A DNA stretch of 64,000 nucleotides, taken from contig JACRMR010000025.1 in the NCBI GenBank assembly GCA_016214895.1, positions 142,222-206,221 on the forward strand. The letters run 5' to 3'. The position numbers were made by a program, and so were the translations under genes. This document shows, in pieces, positions 1 to 8,655 of the stretch; position 1 is the stretch's first letter, and every line of letters starts with the position of its first letter. This DNA is from Candidatus Zhuqueibacterota bacterium. Lineage in GTDB: Bacteria > Electryoneota > RPQS01. The notes under the pieces were generated by a model, which saw nothing but the letters and a program-made list of their open reading frames with translations, had not been told where the DNA came from and did no database searches.

Positions 1-230
1 GCGAGGCGCTCCGCGAGGTACAGCGGCGTCGGACGTCCGGCGAACTGCCTCAAGTGATCGGCGAGCTCTCCCTGAAAATCCGGATCCACGCGGATTCGCG
101 CATACGCCGCGGCCAGCTCGGCGCAGGGCGCAAGCAGCGTCTCCGGGATGTAACGGCCGCCGTACGCGCCGAAATAGCCGCGCTCGTCCGGCCATGGGTA
201 ATCAGTCAACTTTGATTGCGCGAGCGGCAT
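1..230 (-). CDS. trpB: tryptophan synthase beta chain, N-terminal part (runs off left edge)
   Basis: Truncated, so absent from the ORF track. Minus-strand translation from ATG at 230 gives [33 protein letters not shown]..., which carries the G-x-FG-x-x-GG-x-x-x-PE-x-L TrpB N-terminal signature. Overlaps the trpF stop by 29 nt. Last gene seen in the trp operon. Confidence 0.75.
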   Translation of the reverse strand, partial: MPLAQSKLTDYPWPDERGYFGAYGGRYIPETLLAPCAELAAAYARIRVDPDFQGELADHLRQFAGRPTPLYLAERL

Positions 231-831
231 GGACAAACTCAATCATCTTCTGCTCTGATTTCATGCGAGGCGACCCCTCGATCCCTCGTGATACATCTAC
301 TCCAAACGGTCGAAGCCTGGCGACTCGGTCCGAAAGATCCGAGACGTTCAAGCCGCCGGCCAAAACCAGACGACGACCCGCCAACTGCGGATCCGAGGCC
401 AATCTCGACGTTAATTGGTCCGCGCCGGCCGGATTGTCAATCAGGATCGCCCATGAATTCGCGTGAGCGGCAAGCAACACGAATGACGCGGAATCCTCAC
501 CGCGGACGGCCTTAATATACGGAATGGAAAACGACTCAGCAAATCCGGACGATTCCCTGCCGTGGAATTGCAGGAGGTCCGGGCGAGCGGCGGAAATATA
601 TTCGCGGATGAACCCCGGATCGGAATCTTGAAACACGACGACCAACTTGCTCGAACCGCGCGGCCTGTCGCCCAGCAGCGCGGCCTCGGCGAGGGACACC
701 GCGCGCGGAGTATGCGGCACGGCGATAATTCCGACGGCATCGACTCCGAGCGAAACCGCCGTGTCGAGATCCTCGGCGCGGACGATCCCGCAGAACTTTA
801 GCCACAACGCGGACATCTCAAGCTCGGCCAA
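202..831 (-). CDS. trpF: phosphoribosylanthranilate isomerase
   Basis: 209-aa ORF. N-terminus [26 protein letters not shown] is typical of PRAI. Sits between trpC and trpB with overlapping stops and starts. Confidence 0.85.
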   Translation of the reverse strand: MAELEMSALWLKFCGIVRAEDLDTAVSLGVDAVGIIAVPHTPRAVSLAEAALLGDRPRGSSKLVVVFQDSDPGFIREYISAARPDLLQFHGRESSGFAESFSIPYIKAVRGEDSASFVLLAAHANSWAILIDNPAGADQLTSRLASDPQLAGRRLVLAGGLNVSDLSDRVARLRPFGVDVSRGIEGSPRMKSEQKMIEFVHAARAIKVD

Positions 832-1600
832 GCAATTCCGCCAGTGCGCGACCGGGCACCGGCGCTTGCATCAAGGACGTGCCGACGAGCACCGCGTGAA
901 ATCCGCGCTCCGTCATCGTCAACAAATGCGCAGGACGTGAGATGCCGCTTTCGGCGACACGCGTCGAGTCTGGCGGCAATAAGCGCGACAGCGTTCCGGA
1001 TGTCTCAAGATCGATCTTCAGCGATCGCAGATCGCGATGATTGACGCCCCAGATCACCGGGCCGATGCCCTCGCACTTGCGGAAGTCTGCCTCATCATGG
1101 ATTTCGAGCAGGATGTCGAGCGTCAGTTCGCGCGCCAGCGCCGTCAAGTCCGCGAGCAAGGAGCGCTCGAGCATGGCTGCAATCAACAGAATTGCATCGG
1201 CTCCGGCGACGCGGGATTCGAAAATCTGATAGGGATCAAACAGAAAGTCCTTGCGCAGCAGCGGCAGCGAGACTGCATTGCGCGCCGCGCCAAGATTCGC
1301 GAGCGCGCCGCTGAAGAACTCCGGCTCCGTCAGGATCGAGAGCGCCGCCGCCCCGTTCGTCGAGTAGTCGGCGGCGATTTCGGCGACTGATTCACTCCGG
1401 CGAATTACGCCTGCGCTCGGCGACGCGTACTTGATCTCCGCGATCACCGCGATGGAGTCGCGCGCGCGAAGTGCGTGTTCCAAGCCGCGAGTCGGTGGCA
1501 GGTCGGCGGCGCGAGCACGAAGCGTGGCAAGCGGCTCCGCAGCCAGCTGCGTCGTGAGCGCGGCGCGCCGACGCGCGTAGATCTCGGCCAGCGCGTTCAT
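818..1600 (-). CDS. trpC: indole-3-glycerol phosphate synthase
   Basis: 260-aa ORF with IAEIKYASPSAG and LRKDF motifs of IGPS. ATGA overlap with trpD. Confidence 0.9.
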   Translation of the reverse strand: MNALAEIYARRRAALTTQLAAEPLATLRARAADLPPTRGLEHALRARDSIAVIAEIKYASPSAGVIRRSESVAEIAADYSTNGAAALSILTEPEFFSGALANLGAARNAVSLPLLRKDFLFDPYQIFESRVAGADAILLIAAMLERSLLADLTALARELTLDILLEIHDEADFRKCEGIGPVIWGVNHRDLRSLKIDLETSGTLSRLLPPDSTRVAESGISRPAHLLTMTERGFHAVLVGTSLMQAPVPGRALAELLGRA

Positions 1601-2604
1601 GGCACGCCTGACTGAAGCCGCCGAACAAACGCGGCGAGCGTGCCGCTCGCGATGACCGAGCGGGCGCGGCTCGCGCCCTCGGCTAACGTCGCCACCTTGT
1701 CACTGAGGTAGAATGCCGGCGCGGCGTTGGCAATCACCCACTCTGCAAGGTCCGGCTCCTGTTGCTCGCACAAGCGCAGGAAGTGCGCGGCATTCTCTTC
1801 CGGCGTGCCGCCCGCAATGGCGGCCGGGCTGGTCAGACGAACTCCGATTTGTGACGGCGTCACCGTGTAAGTTCGACGATAGGCCGACGTTCCTTCCGCG
1901 ATCACCGTCTGCCCCGCCGCGCTAAGCTCATCGAGGCCGCCCTCGCCGTGCACGACCATCACGTGCGCGGAACCCGTGGACAAGAGCGCATCGAGCAGCG
2001 GGGTCAACCACTGTTCGGAGTACACGCCGACCAGCTGGCGTTTGACACGCGCCGGATTGGCGAGCGGCCCCAACAGGTTAAACACGGTACGGATTCCCAG
2101 TTCTTTGCGAACCGGCGCGACGTGCCGGGCCGCGGCATGAAAATGCCCCGCGAACAGCATGGCGAAGCCGTGATCGTTCAATAGCCGTTGTACGTCCCGC
2201 GGATCATCCCGCACGGGCAGACCCAACGCCTGCGCGAATTCCACGCTGCCGGAACGCGAAGACGCCGCGCGTCCGGCGTGCTTGGCGATCACCACGCCGC
2301 CCGCCGCGGCCACAATCGCCGCCGCCGTGGAAAGATTGAAGCTGCCGCTGCCATCGCCACCCGTCCCGCAGAGATCGATGGCGCGGTCACTATACCCGTG
2401 GACGACCACCATGCGTTCGCGCATGATTTCCAGCATTCCGGAAAGCTCCTGCACCGTCTCACCATTCTGCCGCAAAGCCGTGAGAAAGGCGGCGATCTGC
2501 ACCGGGCTGGTGTCACCCGCGAGCATGCTCTCCATGGCACTACGGGATTCCCCGTACGTCAGGGGCGAACCGGAGACGAGTTTCTGAATCTGCTGTTTCA
2601 ACAT
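1597..2604 (-). CDS. trpD: anthranilate phosphoribosyltransferase
   Basis: 335-aa ORF with DLCGTGGDGSGSFNLSTAAA and the KHAGRAASS motif. In operon context. Confidence 0.9.
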   Translation of the reverse strand: MLKQQIQKLVSGSPLTYGESRSAMESMLAGDTSPVQIAAFLTALRQNGETVQELSGMLEIMRERMVVVHGYSDRAIDLCGTGGDGSGSFNLSTAAAIVAAAGGVVIAKHAGRAASSRSGSVEFAQALGLPVRDDPRDVQRLLNDHGFAMLFAGHFHAAARHVAPVRKELGIRTVFNLLGPLANPARVKRQLVGVYSEQWLTPLLDALLSTGSAHVMVVHGEGGLDELSAAGQTVIAEGTSAYRRTYTVTPSQIGVRLTSPAAIAGGTPEENAAHFLRLCEQQEPDLAEWVIANAAPAFYLSDKVATLAEGASRARSVIASGTLAAFVRRLQSGVP

Positions 2605-3188
2605 GTGATCTTGCGCAAGGTTGCCACCCAGCCAAGAAAGTTCGCGATGACCTTCTCGCCCTCCGGTGTCAACACCGATTCCGGATGAAACTGCACACCC
2701 TCAATCGGCAGTTCCCGGTGACGGAGGCCCATGACTTCGCCGTCTTCGGCCCGCGCCGAGATCTCAAGACAAGCGGGCAGCGACGACTCGCGCACGGCCA
2801 GAGAGTGATACCGTCCGGCGGCGAACGGGTCGCTAAGCCCGCGGTAGATGGTGCGGTTATCGTGGAAGACCTTGGCCGCTTTGCCGTGCACGAGCATTCC
2901 GGCGGCAACCACCTCGCCGCCGAAGTGCAGACCGATCATCTGGTGGCCGAGGCATACTCCAAGCAGCGGAATCCTGCCCGCCACGGCGGCCAGAATCTCA
3001 GGCATATTGCCGGCATCTTCAGGCCGCCCGGGACCCGGCGACAGGATCACTCCATCCGGGTCGAGCGCGAGCAGCGCGTCCGGCGTGATCGCGTCGTTGC
3101 GGCGCACCACCACTTGCGCACCCAGCTTGCCGACGGCCTGCACAAGATTGTACGTGAAAGAATCGTAATTGTCGAGCACGAAAATCAT
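2598..3188 (-). CDS. trpG: anthranilate synthase component II (glutamine amidotransferase)
   Basis: 196-aa ORF. MIFVLDNYDSFTYNLVQ start, GVCLGHQ catalytic Cys motif, FHPES. Located between trpE and trpD. Confidence 0.9.
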   Translation of the reverse strand: MIFVLDNYDSFTYNLVQAVGKLGAQVVVRRNDAITPDALLALDPDGVILSPGPGRPEDAGNMPEILAAVAGRIPLLGVCLGHQMIGLHFGGEVVAAGMLVHGKAAKVFHDNRTIYRGLSDPFAAGRYHSLAVRESSLPACLEISARAEDGEVMGLRHRELPIEGVQFHPESVLTPEGEKVIANFLGWVATLRKITC

Positions 3189-4561
3189 GAGTCGGTGGCG
3201 AGGGCGATCGCGCGATCAATGGCCCCCGCTTTGTGGATGGTCTCTTCGTATTCCGTCTGCGGCACGCTGTCGGCTACAATTCCGGCACCGGCCTGATAGA
3301 TCAACCGGCCCTCGTGAGCGATTGCCGTGCGCAGGGTGATGCAGAACTCGGCGTTGCCATCGCCGTCAAGAAATCCGGCGGCGCCCGCGTAGAAATCACG
3401 GGGCGTCGGCTCGTGCTCGAAAATAAGTTCCAGCGCGCGGACTTTGGGCGCTCCGCTGACGGTTCCGGCCGGGAAGGACGCCAATAGCGCATCCACCGCG
3501 TTCAGGCCCGGTCGCAGCTTCGCGGAAACACGGGAAACCATGTGCATGACGTGGCTGAAACGGTGAATGGCTGCCGATTCATCGACGCTCACCGTACCGT
3601 ACTCCGCGACACGACCGAGATCATTGCGGGCCAGATCCACGAGCATCATGTGCTCGGCGCGCTCCTTAGGGTCCGCGGTCAACGACTTTTCGTGCCGGAG
3701 GTCTTCGGCCTCATCCAGGCCTCGCGGGCGAGTGCCGGCGATCGGGAGCAGGCGCGCCGTTCGCCGATTCACACCGACTAACAGCTCCGGCGACGCGCCG
3801 ATGAACACCCCGACCGGCGTCTCGTGGTAGAACATGTACGGCGAGGGATTCACCCGCCGCAGCGCGCGATAAAGGTCAAACGGATCGCCGTCCAATTCCC
3901 GCGTGAAGCGCTGCGACAGCACCCCTTGAAAAATGTCTCCGGCAACGATGTGCCGTTTCAACGATGCCACCGCTTCACAAAAATCGGACGGCGAGAAGTT
4001 GGACCGGCACGCACCAACCCGAAATCCAGGTCTGGGCTTCGGCAAAGCGGAGTGTAGGATGCGCGAGAGATCGTCGAGTCGTTTCGCAGCAGTCGCGTCG
4101 TCCGCATCCCCGACGAGCAGGGCAAGTTGCCGCAAATGATCAAACACCACGACGTGCCGATAGTCGCCCAGCCAGGCCAGCGGCCGCGGTGACCGGCCGC
4201 GCTCGTCGAAGCGCTCGATCTCGCGGACAAAATCAAACCCGATGGCTCCGACCAGGCCGCCCACGAATGGCAGATGCGATGATACCGCCGTCCCATTGGT
4301 CACGAAGCCACGCAGCAAATCGGTCAGCGACCCCGTTCGATTACCCGATCCGGAATTGAATTCGGCGCGGCCCGGTGCGTGCGCCGAGAGAATTCCGGAG
4401 GGATCGACCCCCAGAATCGAATAGCGACCGAATCGCTCACCGCCCGCCGCGCTCTCCAGCAGGAACGGATGCTCCCCGGCCGCGCGCAGCCGCAGCAGTG
4501 CCCCGACCGGCGTCAACAGGTCGGAGGCGAGTTCCCGGATATTGTGGCGAGCGTCGGGCAT
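3185..4561 (-). CDS. trpE: anthranilate synthase component I
   Basis: Track ORF is 3185..4627. Start chosen at ATG 4561 (MPDARHNIRELASDLLTPVGALL...FLLESAAGGERFGRYSILG) because the upstream GTG extension would run through the terminator hairpin. C-terminal chorismate-binding motifs are present (GTVSGAPKVRA, FYAGAAGF). Confidence 0.9.
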   Translation of the reverse strand: MPDARHNIRELASDLLTPVGALLRLRAAGEHPFLLESAAGGERFGRYSILGVDPSGILSAHAPGRAEFNSGSGNRTGSLTDLLRGFVTNGTAVSSHLPFVGGLVGAIGFDFVREIERFDERGRSPRPLAWLGDYRHVVVFDHLRQLALLVGDADDATAAKRLDDLSRILHSALPKPRPGFRVGACRSNFSPSDFCEAVASLKRHIVAGDIFQGVLSQRFTRELDGDPFDLYRALRRVNPSPYMFYHETPVGVFIGASPELLVGVNRRTARLLPIAGTRPRGLDEAEDLRHEKSLTADPKERAEHMMLVDLARNDLGRVAEYGTVSVDESAAIHRFSHVMHMVSRVSAKLRPGLNAVDALLASFPAGTVSGAPKVRALELIFEHEPTPRDFYAGAAGFLDGDGNAEFCITLRTAIAHEGRLIYQAGAGIVADSVPQTEYEETIHKAGAIDRAIALATDS

Positions 4562-4610
4562 TGGCGTGACTGAACAAATGAATATTCGGGCGGATGGCCA
4601 ACCGCCTCCG

Positions 4611-4644
4611 CCAAACAAAAGACCCACGCAGTGGTGGCGTGGGG
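4611..4644 (-). terminator. intrinsic terminator / attenuator in the trp leader
   Basis: Minus-strand RNA is CCCACGC-CACCACU-GCGUGGG followed by UCUUUUGUUUGG. Lies 50 nt upstream of the trpE ATG and downstream of the WWW leader ORF. Confidence 0.7.
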
Positions 4645-4670
4645 CTACAATACTGGACGATCAGAAATCG

Positions 4671-4748
4671 TCACGCAGCGGCAGTACCCACGGGCGGGCG
4701 GTGCCACCACCAAGAATCTGCGCTGCGATAGGTCCGGGCCGTGAACAT
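4671..4748 (-). CDS. trp operon leader peptide (trpL-like), MFTARTYRSADSWWWHRPPVGTAAA
   Basis: 25-codon ORF read by hand on the minus strand, too short for the track. Three consecutive UGG codons at 4712..4704. The stop UGA overlaps a small hairpin. Positioned between a sigma70-like promoter and the terminator. Confidence 0.65.
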   Translation of the reverse strand: MFTARTYRSADSWWWHRPPVGTAAA

Positions 4749-4788
4749 GAGGAAGCTCGGTTCGTAGTTCTCACCAATTCAATGACCT

Positions 4789-4817
4789 AAGATACAAAAA
4801 TTCTGGCGCGGAGTCAA
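4789..4817 (-). promoter_or_regulatory. sigma70-like promoter of the trp leader/operon
   Basis: Minus strand reads TTGACT (4817..4812), 17-nt spacer, TATCTT (4794..4789). About 40 nt upstream of the leader ATG. Confidence 0.45.
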
Positions 4818-4898
4818 GGCTCCCCCCCACCTCCAATCCTCTCCTCAGCTCTCCTCCGCCCTCCAAATCCTTCCCAAAGTCAGAGTTATCCACATTTG

Positions 4899-4927
4899 TT
4901 GACATTTACGGCGAAGATTGATACCTT
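4899..4927 (+). promoter_or_regulatory. sigma70-like promoter for the TPR-zincin gene
   Basis: TTGACA (4899..4904), 17-nt spacer ending in TGA (extended -10-like TG), TACCTT (4922..4927). Confidence 0.4.
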
Positions 4928-4984
4928 TTTCATGAGGCGTGTACACTCGGCTCCACACGAACCAAACCAACCCGAATCCTCCTG

Positions 4985-7540
4985 ATGTCGCGACACTTCA
5001 TGATTCTGATGCTGACCTTCGCCCTTGCTCGTGGCACGTTCGGCAACGAACTGCTCATGCGTGCACAGTCGGCGCACGCGACTCTGCTCAGCCGTTCAAC
5101 GGAGTTGAACAGACCGCTTGACGAGCGCACGCGCGCGCAGCTCCGCATTGGACAGTTCGACCCCAACAGCGCGGATGCCGCGGCCTTCCGTATCGAAAGC
5201 CCGGACGCGGCGCGCTGGATCGAACTGCAATACACGCTGGATCACTATCGGTTCAGTGAAATCCCGCAACTGCCGGTGCTGCGACTGCGCGTGTCCGATA
5301 CGCCGTACTCCCTGGCACTGCGCTACCGCTGGATGTTCATCCAAGAGGATCTGGCGACCGTTGATCGCGGGACACTCGACATCACAGCTAAGAGCGACCC
5401 GGTGCGCATTGCCGCCCGCGCGGAACTGAAATTGCGAACCCTGGAATACGACTCCGCGCTGACTTATGCGACGTGGGCGTTACGAGCCGCTCGCCACGCG
5501 CCCGAACGAGCGACCGCGCAAGTTATCGGCGCCAGAGTGCTGTACAAATTGAACCGCTATGCGGAGTGTCGCGACAGTCTGACGACTCTGTTCGATGCTG
5601 AACACCTTGATGCCGAGGTCATGTTCCAGACGGCGCTCGTGCTCATTCAACTCGGACAGACCTCGGATGCCATCGACCTGCTCGCTGAAGCGATCCGCTG
5701 GAATCCGTGGCACGAGGGTGCCCAGTACTTTCTCGGCAACGGCTATTCGCGGCTGAACTACTCGCAGATTGCCGACTCCGCCGGATCGATGCTCCCGGAG
5801 GCCGCGGAACTTGTGCGCGCAGGGTCGGCGGCCTGGACCACCCGAGACTACGACGACGCCGAAGCGAAGTTTCGGGAAGCGTTGCGCCTCGTCCCGGCTT
5901 ACGGACGCGCCCGCAACGGCCTGGCGAAAGCGCTCGAAGGACGGCGTATGCTGGTGAATGTGCACCGCGCGGAGGACGAGCGCGTGTTCGAGGCGAAGGC
6001 GACGACGCGGGTCCCGCGCATCGATGAATACGTGTTGAACTGGAGCCGGCTCTCGGAACGTCACCGGAAGCAGGTGGCGCTGGCGGTCGAACCGTGGAAG
6101 TTGTATATTCCGCTGCTGGTGGAGTGCGGCGAACATCACTACATCAAGCCGCTGCACGAAAAACTGTCGGAATGCCCGAACATGGAGACGATGAAAGACC
6201 AGCGCGTCGGCTACGACACGCGGCTGTGGGACGACGTGCGCGGATGCGGCGGCTTTACGACCGTCACCGGAATTGAAGACGTGGAGCGCTCAATCTTCAG
6301 TAACTACAATACGGTGCTGCACGAGCTGACCCATCAGGTGCACGGAACGTTTCCGTCGGCCGACCTGAAGCGGCTCGATGACTTGTGGCAGGCCACGCGC
6401 AAGCGCGACGATGCCGGTGTTCGCACATTCTTGAGCAGGTATCAAGCGTCAAGCGTGTGGGAGTACTTTGCGGAAGGCGCGAACGCCTACCACTCACCCC
6501 GCCGTGACAACTATGATACGCGGGAGATCGTGCGGGAACGGCTCCTCACCATGGATACCGCGCTCGTGCGATTGGTTGAGGACTATCTCACGGCACCGAA
6601 TCTTGATGCCTGTTGGCCCGTCGGGTTGATCAACGCGTGTGATGACGCTATCGAGCGCGCAGAGCTCGAGCGCGCGGCGAACTTCGCGGGGCTCGCGCAG
6701 AAACGCGATCCGCATGCGGAGGTCGTGTTGGCCGCACTGTCCCACCTGAATTCGCTGCGCGATGAAGACGACCTCGCCGTCGCCTTCGCCGACACGCTGG
6801 CCCGGCGCTTTCCGGGCAAAGCGCGCTCTTATGCGCAACTGGAAAGTGCGCTGTACATGAGCAAGGCCAACAGCGAGCCGGAGTGCGTGGAGCTGCTCGC
6901 GCGCGGGCTGACGCTCGTGGATACGACGGAACGCAAGGACTTGATGCAGACGCTGGGCGGAACGTTGGTGATGGCCGGACGGCATGCGGAGGCGCGCAAT
7001 GCCTACCAGTATGTGCTGGATCGCCAGCCGACCGACTACAGCGCGCTGTGGGGGATGGCGTCGGCCCTCCGCAATGATCCCCGCGCGGATAGCCTGTTCC
7101 GGGCGGCGCTGGCCGAGCGCACCGGAATCACGGCCTTGAGATGCGACTATGCCGAGTACCTGATCGCCACGAATCGTGTCGAGGAGGCTCGTGAGCAAGT
7201 CGCGGAGGCCGAATTGATCAAGCCGGAGGACGCAACCGTAATGATGGCGCGCGGATTGCTCGCGAAGGAAGACGGGAAATTGACAACGGCTCTGGAGAGC
7301 TTTGAGCGTGCGCTGTTGAAGCCCGAATCCCCGCGGCTGGCCGCCGTGCGGAAGGCATGGGTGCTGCGACAACTGGGCCGCGATGCCGAAGCCAATGAGC
7401 TGGCAACCAGACTGCGCAAGGAGGCCGCGACGGACGTGCCAACGTGGATCTATGACACGGAGAACTCAACGTATGTCATCGCGCGAGCGTGGGATGCGAA
7501 GGCTCGCGATTTGCTGGCGGAATACTTCGCGAAACCGTGA
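4985..7540 (+). CDS. secreted TPR-repeat protein with central zincin-like metallopeptidase motif
   Basis: 851-aa ORF with a hydrophobic N-terminal signal-like segment. HEXXH in NYNTVLHELTHQVHG with a downstream WEYFAEGANAY (Glu ligand-like, as in ATLF/MtfA-type zincins). TPR-like helical repeats lie on both sides. Confidence 0.6.
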   Translation: MSRHFMILMLTFALARGTFGNELLMRAQSAHATLLSRSTELNRPLDERTRAQLRIGQFDPNSADAAAFRIESPDAARWIELQYTLDHYRFSEIPQLPVLRLRVSDTPYSLALRYRWMFIQEDLATVDRGTLDITAKSDPVRIAARAELKLRTLEYDSALTYATWALRAARHAPERATAQVIGARVLYKLNRYAECRDSLTTLFDAEHLDAEVMFQTALVLIQLGQTSDAIDLLAEAIRWNPWHEGAQYFLGNGYSRLNYSQIADSAGSMLPEAAELVRAGSAAWTTRDYDDAEAKFREALRLVPAYGRARNGLAKALEGRRMLVNVHRAEDERVFEAKATTRVPRIDEYVLNWSRLSERHRKQVALAVEPWKLYIPLLVECGEHHYIKPLHEKLSECPNMETMKDQRVGYDTRLWDDVRGCGGFTTVTGIEDVERSIFSNYNTVLHELTHQVHGTFPSADLKRLDDLWQATRKRDDAGVRTFLSRYQASSVWEYFAEGANAYHSPRRDNYDTREIVRERLLTMDTALVRLVEDYLTAPNLDACWPVGLINACDDAIERAELERAANFAGLAQKRDPHAEVVLAALSHLNSLRDEDDLAVAFADTLARRFPGKARSYAQLESALYMSKANSEPECVELLARGLTLVDTTERKDLMQTLGGTLVMAGRHAEARNAYQYVLDRQPTDYSALWGMASALRNDPRADSLFRAALAERTGITALRCDYAEYLIATNRVEEAREQVAEAELIKPEDATVMMARGLLAKEDGKLTTALESFERALLKPESPRLAAVRKAWVLRQLGRDAEANELATRLRKEAATDVPTWIYDTENSTYVIARAWDAKARDLLAEYFAKP

Positions 7541-7564
7541 CGAACGTCCCGTTCACTCCAACAC

Positions 7565-7600
7565 AACGGGCAGACCATGGCGGTCTGCCCGTTGTTTCTT
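7565..7600 (+). terminator. hairpin terminator between convergent genes
   Basis: Perfect 12-bp stem AACGGGCAGACC / GGTCTGCCCGTT with a 5-nt loop, followed by GTTTCTT. Confidence 0.6.
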
Positions 7601-7638
7601 GCAGCCCATGGCGCGCTTCCGGCGCGGGCGGAATTGGT

Positions 7639-8544
7639 TTAGTCGTCGGAGATGGCGGACAACGTGGAAGTCAACTGCGACGTCGCGTCGGAATCGAGGG
7701 CATTCTTCCCGGAGACCGCCGTGGTCGTGAGTTTCGCGCGGGAATTATCGATGAGCTTGATGCCGCCTTGCGAATTGTCCGAAACCGCCGCATTGGTCAA
7801 GTCGATCTTGCTCGCGGAACACCAAATCCCCCAGCCGTGCTCGCCCTGCTGATCCGTCAGCGCGAAATTCGTGAGATCGGCGGTCGCGTGGTCTTCCAAC
7901 GAAAGCCCGACGCCGCGATTCTCAGACAAGGCGGCATTCGTCAACTCCACCGCGCCGCCACTGACGAAAACCGTGCCGCCCGTACCGGGACAGCTATTCT
8001 CCGTGAAGGCGACGTTCGTTAGATCGACTTCGCCGCCGACGACGGCCACCGCGGCGCCCGCGCCGCTGGCACGATTTTCTTCGAATGCAGCATTCACAAT
8101 CTCCAGCTCGGTGTGGTCGCAGTAAACCGCTCCGCCCTGATTGTCCGGCGCTTCGCCTTGCGCGTTTCCGCCGCTGATCACCACGTTCTTCAGCTTGCAG
8201 CCGGCCCCTGCTTTCAAGAAGCGAATCCCCGCCCAGCCCTCAGTGGCCGCGGCGCTGGCCTTGAAGACCACGTGATGATCGTCTTCTTCCTTGTATTCCG
8301 GTTTCGACCCGTCCACAACGAGCGCCCCCTCGACCACGAACTTGTAGTGTCCGGTGAACACGATCTCAACGCGCGACTCGATTTCGAGTCGCTCCCCGCG
8401 CGGCACCAGCAGATCACCGGTCACCACGTAGGGGCTTTGAGCATGAGTCCACCTTCCCGTCACGTTGCCGGCCACGGGTTCGGCATGGGCCGCAAGGGTG
8501 CTGAAGCCGGCAATCGCCAACGCGATTCCGAGATAATGTATCAA
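7639..8544 (-). CDS. secreted right-handed parallel beta-helix repeat protein (last gene of CU-like operon)
   Basis: 301-aa ORF. TTG start preceded by GGAGGAC. Signal peptide MIHYLGIALAIAGFSTLAAHA. Iterated ~22-aa repeats (DLTNVAFTEN, ELTNAALSEN, DLTNFALTDQ, DLTNAAVSDN) typical of pectate-lyase-fold / Pmp-like beta-helices. Confidence 0.55.
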   Translation of the reverse strand: MIHYLGIALAIAGFSTLAAHAEPVAGNVTGRWTHAQSPYVVTGDLLVPRGERLEIESRVEIVFTGHYKFVVEGALVVDGSKPEYKEEDDHHVVFKASAAATEGWAGIRFLKAGAGCKLKNVVISGGNAQGEAPDNQGGAVYCDHTELEIVNAAFEENRASGAGAAVAVVGGEVDLTNVAFTENSCPGTGGTVFVSGGAVELTNAALSENRGVGLSLEDHATADLTNFALTDQQGEHGWGIWCSASKIDLTNAAVSDNSQGGIKLIDNSRAKLTTTAVSGKNALDSDATSQLTSTLSAISDD

Positions 8545-8626
8545 CTTTGTGTCCTCCAGTTAGGCTATACCTGATATCTGTGGGACCGAGGGTTTCACCC
8601 CTTTGTTGCAGCGGTGGCAGATACGA

Positions 8627-8651
8627 AAGCGGCGGGCCGCGCCCGCCGCTT
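8627..8651 (-). terminator. intra-operon hairpin after usher-like gene
   Basis: Perfect 11-bp GC-rich stem AAGCGGCGGGC / GCCCGCCGCTT with a 3-nt loop, immediately after the stop at 8656. Weak U tract (UUCGUAUCU). Could be a partial terminator or an RNA stabiliser. Confidence 0.4.
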
Positions 8652-8655
8652 AAAG

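Noticed and set aside
4562-4627. Longer trpE N-terminus (track ORF starts at GTG 4627, MGLLFGGGGWPSARIF...).
   Set aside because: The extension would be translated through the terminator stem and U tract, and it has no TrpE-like sequence. The ATG at 4561 gives a normal TrpE N-terminus.
4640-4790. T-box riboswitch upstream of trpE. The minus-strand segment UUGGUGGUGGCACCGCC resembles the conserved T-box sequence.
   Set aside because: The similarity is explained by three in-frame UGG codons of a complete 25-codon ORF with start and stop. No Stem I / specifier loop, AG bulge or GNUGNGA-type elements could be found. The leader (~140 nt) is short for a T-box.
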